From contig CAYPWV010000005.1 of assembly GCA_964414795.1 (NCBI GenBank), positions 4,336 through 68,335 on the forward strand: DNA of 64,000 nt, read 5' to 3'. Below are positions 63,717 to 64,000 of this stretch, piece after piece. Both the position numbers and the translations under genes were made by a program. Origin of the DNA: an uncultured Gammaproteobacteria bacterium (GTDB taxonomy: Bacteria > Patescibacteriota > Patescibacteriia > UBA9934). A model generated the notes under the pieces. The model had not been told where the DNA came from. It did no database searches and saw only the letters and a list, made by a program, of their open reading frames with translations. Each line of letters starts with the position of its first letter. Position 1 is the stretch's first letter.

Positions 63717-64000
63717 TGTGAAATTCTCCTGTACGAAAGATAACCTCCACCAAGGCCTCTCAGTTACCAGTCATATTAGCGGAAAAAGTGCCAATCTTCC
63801 CATTCTCAATAATATTCTCCTACAAGCGGATATTGGAGGTGTTCGATTAACCTCAACAAATCTCGACCTCACCATTTCCTGCATGATTCGTGCAAAGGTT
63901 GATCAACCAGGAAACTACACGCTTCCCGCAAAACTTCTTGCAGATTACGTAAGCCTTCTTCCTGATGAGCGCATTGATCTGGATCTTTTAGATACGTCAG
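63717..64000 (+). CDS. dnaN: DNA polymerase III beta subunit (sliding clamp), 5' part; GTG start
   Basis: Translation VKFSCTKDNLHQGLSQVTSHISGKSANLPILNNILLQADIGGVRLTSTNLDL... is canonical DnaN. The in-frame upstream stop at 63675 forces GTG at 63717. The gene continues beyond the window. Confidence 0.85.

Noticed and set aside
1-64000. Looked for CRISPR arrays, reverse transcriptases or retrons, transposases, and rRNA genes.
   Set aside because: No regularly spaced direct repeats with unique spacers, no RT or transposase motifs in any long ORF, and no rRNA-like conserved stretches were seen. The only repeat families are the short palindrome and the MITE-like element described above.

Overview
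This 64-kb window is bacterial chromosomal DNA of low to moderate GC, read by eye at roughly 40-48% with AT-richer and GC-richer patches. Gene content and organisation look like a small-genome, CPR-like bacterium, but taxonomy is not determinable from here. Almost every long ORF is recognisable housekeeping.

Genes identified, in order:
- rpoC (5' part, runs off the window start), rpoB, recA, a RodZ-like HTH membrane protein and ftsK.
- A type I restriction-modification island on the minus strand: hsdM (with an N-terminal HTH fusion) -> DUF3800 -> DUF2130-like protein -> hsdS -> DUF3800 -> hsdR.
- efp with its modifying ligase epmA, a SAM methyltransferase, an XRE regulator with a palindromic operator, and rpsF-ssb-rpsR.
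- A THUMP-like RNA methyltransferase, ychF, a Wzy_C/O-antigen-ligase-like membrane protein with C-terminal TPRs, then a four-gene minus-strand operon of large Ser/Thr/Gly-rich secreted proteins.
- tRNA-Arg(CCT), rmuC, rpsT, holA, polA.
- A GC-rich islet encoding two small, highly acidic proteins, then tRNA-His, an HTH-phosphoribosyltransferase regulator, tRNA-Arg(TCT), a DUF1003 membrane protein and a Xer-type tyrosine recombinase.
- rpsO, a NYN-domain gene and pnp; dksA/traR-like, lspA, comM/yifB, a LysM-M23 peptidase, tig, an ORF6N protein, nfo and DUF167.
- yidD-rnpA-rpmH lying divergent from dnaA, then the 5' end of dnaN, with DnaA boxes on both sides of dnaA (candidate oriC).

The observations most worth a second look:
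1. A 22-25 bp perfect palindrome (GTAGAGACGCCATTYATGGCGTCTC) occurs four times. Three copies sit in-frame inside coding sequence, always encoding VETPF(M/I)AS within acidic low-complexity segments (ftsK twice, a surface protein once); the fourth is intergenic.
2. The type I R-M locus has an AT-rich core carrying two DUF3800 paralogs and a zinc-ribbon / coiled-coil / PD-(D/E)xK-like (DUF2130-like) gene between hsdM and hsdR. This is the best candidate for an uncharacterised defence module.
3. A MITE-like repeat with AGTTTGAAG...CTTCAAACT terminal inverted repeats is present in two full copies just upstream of genes, plus one fragment fused into a coding sequence.
4. A second, orphan cluster of consensus DnaA boxes lies about 25 kb from dnaA.
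5. A 1.4-kb GC-rich islet encodes two very acidic proteins, possibly horizontally acquired.
6. An O-oligosaccharyltransferase-like (Wzy_C plus TPR) gene sits directly upstream of the Ser/Thr-rich secreted-protein operon.
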